A stretch of 64,000 nucleotides of DNA from Candidatus Kaiserbacteria bacterium (GTDB lineage Bacteria; Patescibacteriota; Minisyncoccia; Phycocordibacterales; UBA2100): positions 13,785 to 77,784 of the forward strand of contig JACPLD010000005.1 of the NCBI GenBank assembly GCA_016186765.1, in the 5' to 3' direction. A program made the position numbers and the translations under genes. How positions within the stretch are numbered: position 1 is the first letter of the stretch; each line of letters begins with the position of its first letter. Shown here piece by piece: positions 19,465-28,213 of this stretch. Below the pieces are notes generated by a model that had not been told where the DNA came from, did not search any database, and was given only the letters and a program-made list of their open reading frames with translations.

Positions 19465-21276
19465 ATGATTTCTGATTCCCCCACTCCTTCCTCACCCGGA
19501 GAAGACCTCAAAACAAAACTCTTTAGGCACCGGAGCACTCCGTTGCTTCTGCGCTTTGAGAAAACGCATCGTGCTCTCTCTCCCGGCGAGCGCCTTACAG
19601 TTTTCACGCTCGGGAGTCTCCTCGTCTTGAGTGCTCTCGCGATATTTGCAGGCCTCAGCGGCGCTGCGGGCGTAGAGATTCCCTCCCGTGGAGGAACGCT
19701 CTCGGAGGGCGTAATGGGTCCCGTCCGATTCGTGAATCCACTGCTTGCGCTCTCCGGCCCCGACAAGGACCTGACTGTCCTAGTCTACTCTGGTCTCATG
19801 CGCGCTCTGCCCTCGGGAGAGCTTATCCCCGACCTTGCTAAAAGCTACGATATATCGGAGGACGGCACCGTATACACGTTCACTCTGCGCGATGGCATCA
19901 CTTTTCATGACGGAACGCCGTTGACTGCCGCCGACGTACTTTTTACGGTGGAACGCGCGCGAAATCCAGATTTCAAGAGCGCGCGACGCGCAGACTGGGA
20001 GGGAGTCGCTGTCGCCGCACCGGATCCGCGCACAGTCGTGTTCACGCTCCCCCACGCCTATGCGCCCTTCCTTGAGAACACGACGCTCGGCATCTTGCCG
20101 AAAACTTTGTGGAACGACGTATCGGCAGAAGAATTTCCGTTCCATCCCCTGAACACACGCCCCATTGGAAGCGGACCATACCGCTACAAAGATCTGTCTG
20201 AAAACTCAACCGGTTCGATCACACGGTACGAACTGTCGTCATTCAACAACTTCGCGCTCGGCCGGCCATACCTCGAAAAGATTACGTTCCTCTTCTTCCC
20301 GAGCGAGGAGGATCTTCTCGCGGCGTTCAACACCGGAAGAATTGGTAGCATGGCGGGTGTCTCGCCCCTCTCCGTAGAAGATGTCACAAGACACAACACC
20401 ACGATCGCCCGCGCCACACTGCCCCGCACGTTCGCCGTCTTCCTGAACCAGAGCAAGAACGCACTGCTCGCTGAAGGAGCAGTACGCGCTGCTCTCGATG
20501 CCGCGATCGACAAAGAGCACGTCATCGACGAGGTGCTGAAAGGGTTTGGCGTCGCGCTTGAAAGCCCCATTCCACCCCAGCTGCTTGGCTCCATCTCGAG
20601 GGCGGTGCCCGAGCCACTCACGGGAAGCGCCGAAGTAAGACACGAAGAAAGTGGGAAAGCGGAAGATGCGCGTGACATTCTCTCCCGCGGAGGCTGGATC
20701 TTCGACAAAGAAGACAGTGTATGGACAAAGAAAAAGACGACGCTCGAGTTCACGCTCGTAACAGCTGACGAGCCGGAGCTCTCCGCGACTGCAGAACTTC
20801 TTGCAAGCATGTGGCGAGACGCGGGTATTAAAGTAAATGTACACGTCTACCCACTCTCGGAGCTCAACTCCATCGTAATTCGGCCGCGGGAGTATGAAGC
20901 GATTCTCTTCGGAGAGGTCGTCGGCCGTTCGCTGGATCTTTTCGCCTTCTGGCACTCCTCGCAGCGCAACGACCCCGGCTTAAATCTCGCACTCTATACA
21001 AATAGCAAAGCGGATGCACTCCTCACCCGAGCACGCGAAACGACGAGCAGGCGCGAGCGCGTGAGGCTCTATGAGCAGTTCGAAGACATCGTAAAAAGCG
21101 ACATGCCTGCCGTTTTCCTCTACGCACCGGAGTTCATCTATATTGTTCCAGAGGTGCTGCAGGGTGTCGCGCTCGGAGCACTTACCGATCCTTCAGAGCG
21201 TTTTCTCAACGTTCATGAGTGGTATACCGACACCGAGCTCGTGTGGAACATATTTACGAACAAGATTTCAGAATAA
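19465..21276 (+). CDS. ABC transporter substrate-binding protein, family 5 (OppA/DppA-like)
   Basis: The 603-aa product has an N-terminal anchor and SBP_bac_5 features (TLSEGVMGPVRFVNPLLA...DGTVYTFTLRDGITFHDGTPLTAADV). Confidence 0.8.
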   Translation: MISDSPTPSSPGEDLKTKLFRHRSTPLLLRFEKTHRALSPGERLTVFTLGSLLVLSALAIFAGLSGAAGVEIPSRGGTLSEGVMGPVRFVNPLLALSGPDKDLTVLVYSGLMRALPSGELIPDLAKSYDISEDGTVYTFTLRDGITFHDGTPLTAADVLFTVERARNPDFKSARRADWEGVAVAAPDPRTVVFTLPHAYAPFLENTTLGILPKTLWNDVSAEEFPFHPLNTRPIGSGPYRYKDLSENSTGSITRYELSSFNNFALGRPYLEKITFLFFPSEEDLLAAFNTGRIGSMAGVSPLSVEDVTRHNTTIARATLPRTFAVFLNQSKNALLAEGAVRAALDAAIDKEHVIDEVLKGFGVALESPIPPQLLGSISRAVPEPLTGSAEVRHEESGKAEDARDILSRGGWIFDKEDSVWTKKKTTLEFTLVTADEPELSATAELLASMWRDAGIKVNVHVYPLSELNSIVIRPREYEAILFGEVVGRSLDLFAFWHSSQRNDPGLNLALYTNSKADALLTRARETTSRRERVRLYEQFEDIVKSDMPAVFLYAPEFIYIVPEVLQGVALGALTDPSERFLNVHEWYTDTELVWNIFTNKISE

Positions 21277-21286
21277 CGCACATACT

Positions 21287-23143
21287 ATGATGGTACCGGA
21301 CCAACATTCTCACTCGCGCATGGGATCACCCCCGCATACGCGCCCGCGCCCCGGGAGGGGCGCTCTCCGCGGCGCGAGATACGCGCGGCCGCGGCGGCCG
21401 CACGGCGGCCGGCTACGCCTCGAGCACCGCCCCAGCGCCCCGCGCTCGGCTGCTCCCGCGATACCCGAACCAGCGGGAGATACCGTTCGCGTCATCCCGC
21501 TTGGAGGTGTCGAAGAGATTGGCCGCAACATGACCGCTGTTGAGATAGGCCCCGACATCTTCATTCTCGATTGCGGCTTCCAGTTCCGCGAGGAGGAAAC
21601 ACCGGGCGTCGACTACATTCTCCCCAACACGGGCTACCTCGAGGAGCGGCGACACAAAATTCGCGGGCTCCTCATCTCACACGGCCACCTCGACCACATC
21701 GGCGGCATTCCCTACATCATCGATCGCATTGGAAACCCGACGATCTACACCCGCCGCCTCACGGGCAAGATGATACGAAAGCGGCAAGAAGAGTTCGCGG
21801 GAGGCTCGCAGGTCCAGATCCGCGAAGTGGAGAGCGACGAAGTAATAAAGCTTGGGAACGCAACCGTGCGCTTCTTTTCGGTAACGCACACTGTGCCCGA
21901 TTCGATGGGCATCATCATCGAAACGCCGTGGGGAGATGTCGTCTTCACGGGGGACATCAAGCTCGACCACGAGAACGGCGAGCCGACCGAAGAAGAGCAC
22001 CAGGAATTCTCCATCTTCAAGAAACGCAACGTGCTTCTTCTCCTCATGGATTCGACGAATGTCTGGCAACCTGGCTTCTCGATACCGGAATCGACCGTGT
22101 ATCGCACGCTTGAGGGAATCGTCAAAGATTCCAAGGGCCGCCTCATCGTCGCGATGTTCGCCTCGCACTTGGAGCGCCTTATCCGTGTCATGCACTTCGC
22201 AGAGAAGTATGGCAAGAAAGTCGTTATCGACGGCCGCTCGATGCGCACCAACATCGAGATCGCGCGCGAGCTTGGGCTCATCAAGTACAAAGATGACACC
22301 GTGATCGCGGTCGAAGACCTCGGCCACTTCCCGCCGGAGAAGATCATCATTCTCGCAACCGGCGCGCAGGGAGACGAGTTCGCCTCGCTCGCACGCATCG
22401 GCGACAAAACACACAAATATATCCGCCTCACACCAACAGACACAGTGGTCCTCTCCTCTTCCGTCATCCCCGGCAACGAGCGCGCCGTGCAAAAACTCAA
22501 AGACAACCTCTCGCGCCAAGGCGCGCATATCATCACCTACCACGCTTCCGATGTGCACGCCTCGGGCCACGGCAACCGCGAAGAGGCTGCATGGATTCAC
22601 CGGCAGGTCAGGCCGAAATTCTTCATCCCCGTGCACGGCTACCACTACATGCTTCGCGTGCATGCCGACCTCGCTATTGAGCAGGGTGTCGATCCAAAAA
22701 ACATTGCGATCCCCGACAACGGCTCCATCATCGAGATACAAAAGGGTGAGAAGATGGTGAAGCTGCCGATGAAAGCTCCCTCGGAGCTTCGCGTTGTCGA
22801 AGGGCACACCGTGACAGAGCTCTCGGACGTGCTGATGCGCGACCGAAAAGCGCTCGGACAGGAGGGATTTTGCGTCGTCGTGGCAACGATTGATAGACGC
22901 ACCGGCCGCCTTCACAAATCTCCCGACATAATCTCCCGCGGCTTCGTCTACCTCCGCGACAACAAGGAATTGATGGACCAGACGCGCCTCATCATCCGCA
23001 AATCGGTGGAACAGTCGCTTCGCAATCCGCGCTCTGCCGATCTCGACGCCGCCCGCGACGATTTAGCTGAGAGCGTCTCTCGCTTCCTTCTACAGAGGAC
23101 AATGAAGAGACCAATTGTCATTCCCGTAATCGTTTCTGTTTAG
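21287..23143 (+). CDS. rnj: ribonuclease J (metallo-beta-lactamase/beta-CASP) with an Arg/Pro-rich N-terminal extension
   Basis: The core has VRVIPLGGVEEIGRNMTAVEIG, the HxHxDH motif (HGHLDHIGG), and beta-CASP and C-terminal domains. I set the start at the first ATG after the upstream gene; the ~60-aa RP-rich leader is unusual. Confidence 0.8.
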   Translation: MMVPDQHSHSRMGSPPHTRPRPGRGALRGARYARPRRPHGGRLRLEHRPSAPRSAAPAIPEPAGDTVRVIPLGGVEEIGRNMTAVEIGPDIFILDCGFQFREEETPGVDYILPNTGYLEERRHKIRGLLISHGHLDHIGGIPYIIDRIGNPTIYTRRLTGKMIRKRQEEFAGGSQVQIREVESDEVIKLGNATVRFFSVTHTVPDSMGIIIETPWGDVVFTGDIKLDHENGEPTEEEHQEFSIFKKRNVLLLLMDSTNVWQPGFSIPESTVYRTLEGIVKDSKGRLIVAMFASHLERLIRVMHFAEKYGKKVVIDGRSMRTNIEIARELGLIKYKDDTVIAVEDLGHFPPEKIIILATGAQGDEFASLARIGDKTHKYIRLTPTDTVVLSSSVIPGNERAVQKLKDNLSRQGAHIITYHASDVHASGHGNREEAAWIHRQVRPKFFIPVHGYHYMLRVHADLAIEQGVDPKNIAIPDNGSIIEIQKGEKMVKLPMKAPSELRVVEGHTVTELSDVLMRDRKALGQEGFCVVVATIDRRTGRLHKSPDIISRGFVYLRDNKELMDQTRLIIRKSVEQSLRNPRSADLDAARDDLAESVSRFLLQRTMKRPIVIPVIVSV

Positions 23144-23925
23144 GCAATCCGCCACCTCCCTTTCTCGGAAACGATAAGCCCATCCCGCGCGAGCGAAGCG
23201 AGTGCCCTATCGAACTTCCCTATATAGTGGTTTCGTAAACCACTAATATTCTTGCTGCTCGCAAGTGCGCGAATGATTGCGCCGCGGAGTTGGCGGAACG
23301 AGCCCTCGAATTTTGACTGGCGGGTGTAGTGTGCGCTGCGGTGATTGTTGCGAACACCGGAGCGCTTGAGATACGCCCCATAATCCATAAGCGCCCAGTG
23401 CCATTCCCTCCGTCCGCCACCTGGCGGATTGTCCTCCGCCGCTGAGGCTGCCAGTGGAAGAATTTCCGAATCGCTTATTGCAGTCTTTTGCAAAATACTA
23501 GAATAGAAATTGTGGATGTAGGCGGTTCGGATGTTGGTTTCCAAGAGAATGTCGGGTTCGTTGAAGGCAAAGACACGAATAGCACGAGCTGTGTAATCTC
23601 CTACTCCAGAAAGTGCACGGAGTGATTGATAGTCGCGCGGAACATTTCCACCATGCTTCTCAACAACCTCGATTGCTGCGTCACGCAAATATTTTGCACG
23701 TCTGTTGTAGCCCAGCCCATTCCAGACTTTGAGAACGTCGACAAAATGAGACCTTGCCAAATGGCGGACCGTTGGGAACGCCTTCAAAAATTCTTTGTAC
23801 TTCGGGATCACCCGATGCACCTGCGTCTGCTGCAGCATCAATTCAGAAACGAGGATCTTGTACGGATGATTCGTCCGACGCCACGGCAAATCGCGTCGTC
23901 CCTGTTCTTTCCAATAATTCCACAC
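23140..23925 (-). CDS. HhH-GPD DNA glycosylase (MutY/endonuclease III-like, no Fe-S cluster)
   Basis: The product has WYWKEQGRRDLPWRRTNHPYKILVSELMLQQTQV and the HhH-GPD motif (LRALSGVGDYTARAI). The ORF-track extension to 24078 runs through repeat copy 4, so I propose a GTG start near 23925. The exact start is uncertain. Confidence 0.65.
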   Translation of the reverse strand: MWNYWKEQGRRDLPWRRTNHPYKILVSELMLQQTQVHRVIPKYKEFLKAFPTVRHLARSHFVDVLKVWNGLGYNRRAKYLRDAAIEVVEKHGGNVPRDYQSLRALSGVGDYTARAIRVFAFNEPDILLETNIRTAYIHNFYSSILQKTAISDSEILPLAASAAEDNPPGGGRREWHWALMDYGAYLKRSGVRNNHRSAHYTRQSKFEGSFRQLRGAIIRALASSKNISGLRNHYIGKFDRALASLARDGLIVSEKGRWRIA

Positions 23926-23952
23926 ACCGGAGCGGAAGGAAGCGAGCGGCAG

Positions 23953-24044
23953 CGCGTGTGTTCGAGGAGACTTGCGAGTGCGACGGCGCGAGCGGGAGGA
24001 AATTTTCAGCAGAAAATTATCCGTGCTCCCAGAACACATACGCT
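23953..24044. repeat. copy 4 of the structured palindromic intergenic repeat (more diverged)
   Basis: The core gagcgggaggaaattttcagcagaaaattat is conserved. The arms are gcgtgtgttcg / cagaacacatacgc, with ggag...ctcc closing. Confidence 0.7.
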
Positions 24045-24058
24045 GCAGCGAGCGACCA

Positions 24059-24748
24059 TTAAAGCTCATACACCACATCCTTTCGCTCTACGACCAACTT
24101 CCACTTCATCCGTTTCGCATAGCGATATAAGTTCATATTGGGATTGAAGCAAATAGGCTGCGCGACCATCTCGAGAAACGGTATGTCGCTTTCGGTGTCG
24201 CCCACGCCGATCGAAGAGACAAGCGTGAGGTTTTCTTTTTCGACGGCGCGTTTGAGGATCGCAGCCTTGTTGAGAATGAGATGCTCCTCCAGCATTTTGC
24301 CGGTGAACAATTCCTGTGGACCTATTTCGTACACGATGCCGTACGCTTTATTGAAACCCATGCGCGGGCAAAACTTGTCGAGCACGGTTTTTGGCGAATG
24401 TGACACAGCAAGGAGATAGTAGTCTTTCTTCTTGAGATCTTTGATCAAGTCACGCGTGTATCGATAGACGCGCTTCCACTGCTCTTCGACGACCTTCTCG
24501 GCGGCATCCGCAAGAGCCCCGTAGTGAACGCCCTTGAGGTACTTGTTGAATGCTTGCACGACTCCCCCGATGTACTCTTGGTAATCGCCTTCCCTGTTGA
24601 GCCATTTTTCGTATTCGCGTCCGTAAACCTGACGCGCCTCTTTTGGGAACGCACCATCTTCTATCAGCGTATTCACAAGCTGTATTAAGAGACTCGACCG
24701 AAAGATGGTTCCATCAACGTCAAAAACGGCCACACGCTGCTTTGCCAT
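24059..24748 (-). CDS. HAD-superfamily hydrolase (HAD-IB / phosphoserine phosphatase-like)
   Basis: The 229-aa product has motif I VAVFDVDGTIF, and the gene body carries the later HAD motifs. Confidence 0.7.
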   Translation of the reverse strand: MAKQRVAVFDVDGTIFRSSLLIQLVNTLIEDGAFPKEARQVYGREYEKWLNREGDYQEYIGGVVQAFNKYLKGVHYGALADAAEKVVEEQWKRVYRYTRDLIKDLKKKDYYLLAVSHSPKTVLDKFCPRMGFNKAYGIVYEIGPQELFTGKMLEEHLILNKAAILKRAVEKENLTLVSSIGVGDTESDIPFLEMVAQPICFNPNMNLYRYAKRMKWKLVVERKDVVYEL

Positions 24749-24801
24749 CGCCCTATCCTATCAAGTTTGCCCGATATGCGCTGGTGCCTTAGAGTGGCTA
24801 G

Positions 24802-25878
24802 GTGAAGCAGAAAATTACGGTGGGCATCCTTTTTGGCGGAAAGTCTGCTGAGCACGAAGTCTCCCTGCGTTCGGCAAAGAGTGTCGGGGACGCGCTCGAC
24901 AAGAAGAAATTCGACGTCGTTTTTATCGGCATTGACAAAAGCGGACGGTGGCTCCCGCCGACTCAATCGCGCAAACTGCTCGCTTCCGCACCTGCACTAC
25001 ACATACAAAAAAGAGAAGGAAGCGTTGCACTCTCGCCTAGCAGTGAGGGAATGCTAGAGAAGGATGGAAAGCCCTCGAGAAAAATCAACGTGGTGTTTCC
25101 GGTCTTGCACGGCCCATTCGGAGAAGACGGTACCGTTCAGGGACTTTTGAGACTTGTCGATGTCCCTTTCGTCGGTCCCGACGTGCTAGGCTCTGCAATT
25201 GGCATGGATAAAGAGGTGGCAAAGCGGCTCTTACGCGAAGCCGGAATACCGGTGGGAAAGTTTCTCGTCCTTCGTGCGAGCGAAAAGCTCTCTTTTGAAA
25301 CTGCTGCCCGCTTGCTTGGTACGCCACTCTTTGTGAAGCCTGCAAACCTTGGGTCATCCGTAGGAGTCGCGAAAGTCCGCACTAAGGCTGAATTCAAAAA
25401 GGCGCTCAAAGACGCATTCCGATTCGACTCGAAAATACTGGTAGAAGAATTCATCAAAGGCAAAGAGATTGAGGTTGCCGTCCTCGGCAACCGAGATCCC
25501 AAGGCATCTCTCCCCGGCGAAGTAATTCCTTCGCATGAGTTCTACTCATACGAGGCAAAGTACCTAGACGAACATGGAGCGCGTTTGGAGATTCCCGCAA
25601 AGCTTCCGAAGAAAATACAGCGACGCCTCCGAGAGCTTGCCGTGAAAACGTTCAAAACGCTCTGCTGTGAAGGTATGGCACGTGTCGACTTTTTCGTGAC
25701 GTCACGGGGTAGAGTGTACGTGAACGAAATAAACACGATCCCCGGCTTCACCTCCATCAGCATGTACCCGAAACTCTGGGAGGCGTCCGAGATCCCGTAC
25801 TCAAAGCTCATCGAGGCCCTCATTCGCCTCGCGATCGAACGCTTTGAGAAGCAGGCCAAGCTGAGGACATCCCGTTGA
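24802..25878 (+). CDS. ddl: D-alanine--D-alanine ligase
   Basis: The 358-aa product has a GTG start and shows KITVGILFGGKSAEHEVSL, the ATP-grasp fold, and the C-terminal EINTIPGFT. Confidence 0.9.
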   Translation: MKQKITVGILFGGKSAEHEVSLRSAKSVGDALDKKKFDVVFIGIDKSGRWLPPTQSRKLLASAPALHIQKREGSVALSPSSEGMLEKDGKPSRKINVVFPVLHGPFGEDGTVQGLLRLVDVPFVGPDVLGSAIGMDKEVAKRLLREAGIPVGKFLVLRASEKLSFETAARLLGTPLFVKPANLGSSVGVAKVRTKAEFKKALKDAFRFDSKILVEEFIKGKEIEVAVLGNRDPKASLPGEVIPSHEFYSYEAKYLDEHGARLEIPAKLPKKIQRRLRELAVKTFKTLCCEGMARVDFFVTSRGRVYVNEINTIPGFTSISMYPKLWEASEIPYSKLIEALIRLAIERFEKQAKLRTSR

Positions 25879-26538
25879 TCAGGCCGTAGGCCATCTTTTT
25901 GCGGCGGGAGACCAGAGCCTCGTGAGCGGATGCTTCGAGCAATCGTGCATACGAGCTGGGCAGACATAGCGGCCATAGAGGACAAGGCCGTTGTTGACGT
26001 ACTTCCAATCTTTTTTGGGGATGAGCGCTTCGAGGTCGTGCGAAATTTTCTTGAGATCCGTTTTGTCCGAGAGATCGAAGCGATACGCGAAGCGCTTCAC
26101 ATGCGTGTCTGTCGGGATCCCTTCCCAGACGTCGTAGAGTTCGCCGAGGATGACGTGTGCGGTTTTATAGCCGACGCCGTGCAAGGCCTGCAGTTCTCTT
26201 CCTGAGCATGGCACTCGCCCGCCGGAATTTTTTACCACATCCTTGGCCGCTGCAATGATAGCTTTCGTTTTGTTCCTGAAAAACGGAATGGAAGAGATCT
26301 CCTTTTCGAACACGCGCGGCTTGGCCTGAGCGAAGTCGAGGGCTGTCTTGTACTTTTTGTAGAGTGGTTTGGTAACTCGATTCACCACTTTGTCGGTGCA
26401 TTGCGCCGAAAGAATCACCGAAACAACAAACTGGAACGGTGTATTGTAGCGTAATTCGCTCCTTGGCCTTGGATACACACGCTTGAGATACGCAACAATT
26501 CTTCGTGCACGCGCTCTGCGCTCTCCCACCTTGCTCAT
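25879..26538 (-). CDS. nth: endonuclease III-like HhH-GPD glycosylase
   Basis: The 219-aa product has the HhH motif (LQALHGVGYKTAHVIL) and a partial Cys cluster (CPARMHDC). Confidence 0.8.
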   Translation of the reverse strand: MSKVGERRARARRIVAYLKRVYPRPRSELRYNTPFQFVVSVILSAQCTDKVVNRVTKPLYKKYKTALDFAQAKPRVFEKEISSIPFFRNKTKAIIAAAKDVVKNSGGRVPCSGRELQALHGVGYKTAHVILGELYDVWEGIPTDTHVKRFAYRFDLSDKTDLKKISHDLEALIPKKDWKYVNNGLVLYGRYVCPARMHDCSKHPLTRLWSPAAKRWPTA

Positions 26539-26987
26539 TGCACGACGATGGGAAACTCTACGGAATCCTCAAGCTCTGGGAGCCCGGATGGATTGTCTTT
26601 GAGAAGCACGAGATTCGCGGGACCGGAATAGTCTTCCACCTCTACCTTTCCCTCGAACGACACGAATTCGGTCGTCATCCAGTTGTCGGCTGTCTGGGCG
26701 ATTCCACCTCCGACATTGTTGTTCTCGGGATCGCGCACCTGAAGTGGGAATGACGCCCCAAAAAACCAGCTTCCTCGCGCCTGCCCCGCTACGCGAAACG
26801 TCCGCGGGACACTCTCGTGAGAGAGAGGACTCGTGACGATGACGTTCTCCGAAACAAATGGCTCTGTCGTTGTAGCTCCAGGAGTCGGTGTGGGAGCAGG
26901 CGTCGGAGAAGGAATGGCGATGAGCGCTGCGCCCAAAATGACAACGATGAACAGAACGACAATAGTGATGATAAGCTTGAGTTGCAT
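26535..26987 (-). CDS. secreted Gmad2 (immunoglobulin-like) domain protein
   Basis: The 150-aa product has a TM/signal helix, a PTPAPTPTP linker, and a Gmad2-like domain (VPRTFRVAGQARGSWFFGASFPLQV...EFVSFEGKVEVE). The 366-aa ORF-track version extends out of frame over the yvcK-like gene and is rejected. Confidence 0.6.
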   Translation of the reverse strand: MQLKLIITIVVLFIVVILGAALIAIPSPTPAPTPTPGATTTEPFVSENVIVTSPLSHESVPRTFRVAGQARGSWFFGASFPLQVRDPENNNVGGGIAQTADNWMTTEFVSFEGKVEVEDYSGPANLVLLKDNPSGLPELEDSVEFPIVVQ

Positions 26988-26994
26988 ATGCACA

Positions 26995-27939
26995 TTATAG
27001 CTCCGAAATGGTCTTTGCAATTTTTGCGGAGTCGTGGCGGGCAATGTCGGCCTCCGAGAAAAAATCGCCAGTGATGATTTTTTTGGCGTACTCCGAAAGC
27101 TTGTCGTCGCACTGTATTGGATACTTTCTCTCCTTCTCATAGGCCGCGACGAGCTTCGCCTCCATTGGTGAGGTATTGCAGATGGCGTAATCAAATTTTT
27201 GAAGACCGCTATACGAAAGCACGGCGTCGGCGATGTCGGAGGCAACGTAGCCGTTCGTCTCTCCCCACTTCGAAAGGAGATTGCAGACGAACACCTTCTT
27301 CGCACCGCTCTGCAAGAGCGCTTCACGCATCCCCTCGACGAGCAAATTGGGAATGACCGAGGTGTACGGATCTCCCGGCCCGATGATGATCGTGTCTGCT
27401 TTCCCGATCGCTTCGGCAGTTTCTTCAAAAAGTTTCGCCGGAGGGTCGAGGAATACTTTCTTGATAGACTTGCTCCCGTCGTGCTTGGGAACGTCGATGT
27501 TCGTTTCCCCGACGATTTCCGTTCCATCCTCCAGAATTGCGTGAAGGTTGGAGTTGTCGAGAGACACCGGCAAGACTTGCCCCTTGATGTCGAGAAGCTC
27601 GGAAGCCTTTCTGATCGCTTCGATGTCGCTGCCATAAATGGACGAGAGCGCTGCGAGAAAGAGATTGCCGAAGCTATGTCCTTTTAGCGTGCCCCCATTC
27701 TCGAAGCGAAAATTGAAAAGTTCACGGAGGATCTCCGCACGCTTTCCTTCGGAGAGCGCTACGAGCGCGCGGCGGATGTCACCTGGGGGGAGAATACCAA
27801 ACTCGTCTCGAAGCACTCCCGAGGAGCCACCGGAGTCGAACATTGAGATGACGGCAGTGATCGAGAAGGGATACTCTTTGAGGCCACGCAAGACGACATA
27901 GCTTCCCGTGCCACCACCGATCGTAACAACACGCTTCAT
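26995..27939 (-). CDS. YvcK/CofD-like (UPF0052, gluconeogenesis factor family) protein
   Basis: The 314-aa product has MKRVVTIGGGTGSYVVLRGLK...AVISMFDSGGSSG. Confidence 0.85.
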   Translation of the reverse strand: MKRVVTIGGGTGSYVVLRGLKEYPFSITAVISMFDSGGSSGVLRDEFGILPPGDIRRALVALSEGKRAEILRELFNFRFENGGTLKGHSFGNLFLAALSSIYGSDIEAIRKASELLDIKGQVLPVSLDNSNLHAILEDGTEIVGETNIDVPKHDGSKSIKKVFLDPPAKLFEETAEAIGKADTIIIGPGDPYTSVIPNLLVEGMREALLQSGAKKVFVCNLLSKWGETNGYVASDIADAVLSYSGLQKFDYAICNTSPMEAKLVAAYEKERKYPIQCDDKLSEYAKKIITGDFFSEADIARHDSAKIAKTISEL

Positions 27940-28074
27940 TCTCGGCAGTATTGCACAGGCGAAGCGACCCTGCTACGATGTATCTACTGGCGAGTGTTGC
28001 GAGTGCAGTACGAAAGCTAGCTTTCGTATGGCCGAGCTGAGGAGCCAGAAATCTCGCTTGCGAGATTTACAACT

Positions 28075-28175
28075 GAATATCGTATCAAGAGTGCGGCGAA
28101 GGAACTGGCCTTACGACCCGCCGGCAACCCTCGAAAGAGAAGGTGCCAATTCCAGCCCGTATGGGAAGATACTTT
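28075..28175 (+). promoter_or_regulatory. SAM-I (S-box) riboswitch aptamer upstream of metK
   Basis: GTATCAAGAGTGCGGCGAAGGAACTGGCC..CCGCCGGCAACC...AAGGTGCCAATTCCAGC...AGATAC matches the S-box consensus (AUCAAGAG, GGAGGGACUGGCC, GGCAACC, AAGGUGCCAAUUCC). It is closed by P1 GUAUC/GAUAC. Confidence 0.8.
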
Positions 28176-28182
28176 ACCAATA

Positions 28183-28211
28183 ATCTCCCTTCGGGGAGAT
28201 ATTTAGTTTTT
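28183..28211 (+). terminator. riboswitch expression-platform intrinsic terminator
   Basis: The hairpin atctccc-ttcg-gggagat is followed by tatttagttttt, immediately before the metK ATG. Confidence 0.7.
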
Positions 28212-28213
28212 AC

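Noticed and set aside
21677-22915. 412-aa minus-strand ORF
   Set aside because: It is antisense to the strongly conserved RNase J gene.
23926-24078. N-terminal 51 codons of ORF 23140..24078
   Set aside because: This region coincides with copy 4 of the palindromic repeat. The conserved glycosylase N-terminus begins downstream, so I moved the start to about 23925.
26535-27635. 366-aa version of the Gmad2 gene
   Set aside because: Its N-terminal 216 aa are an out-of-frame read through the yvcK-like gene (Arg/Ser-rich junk). The true protein starts at the signal-peptide Met at 26987.
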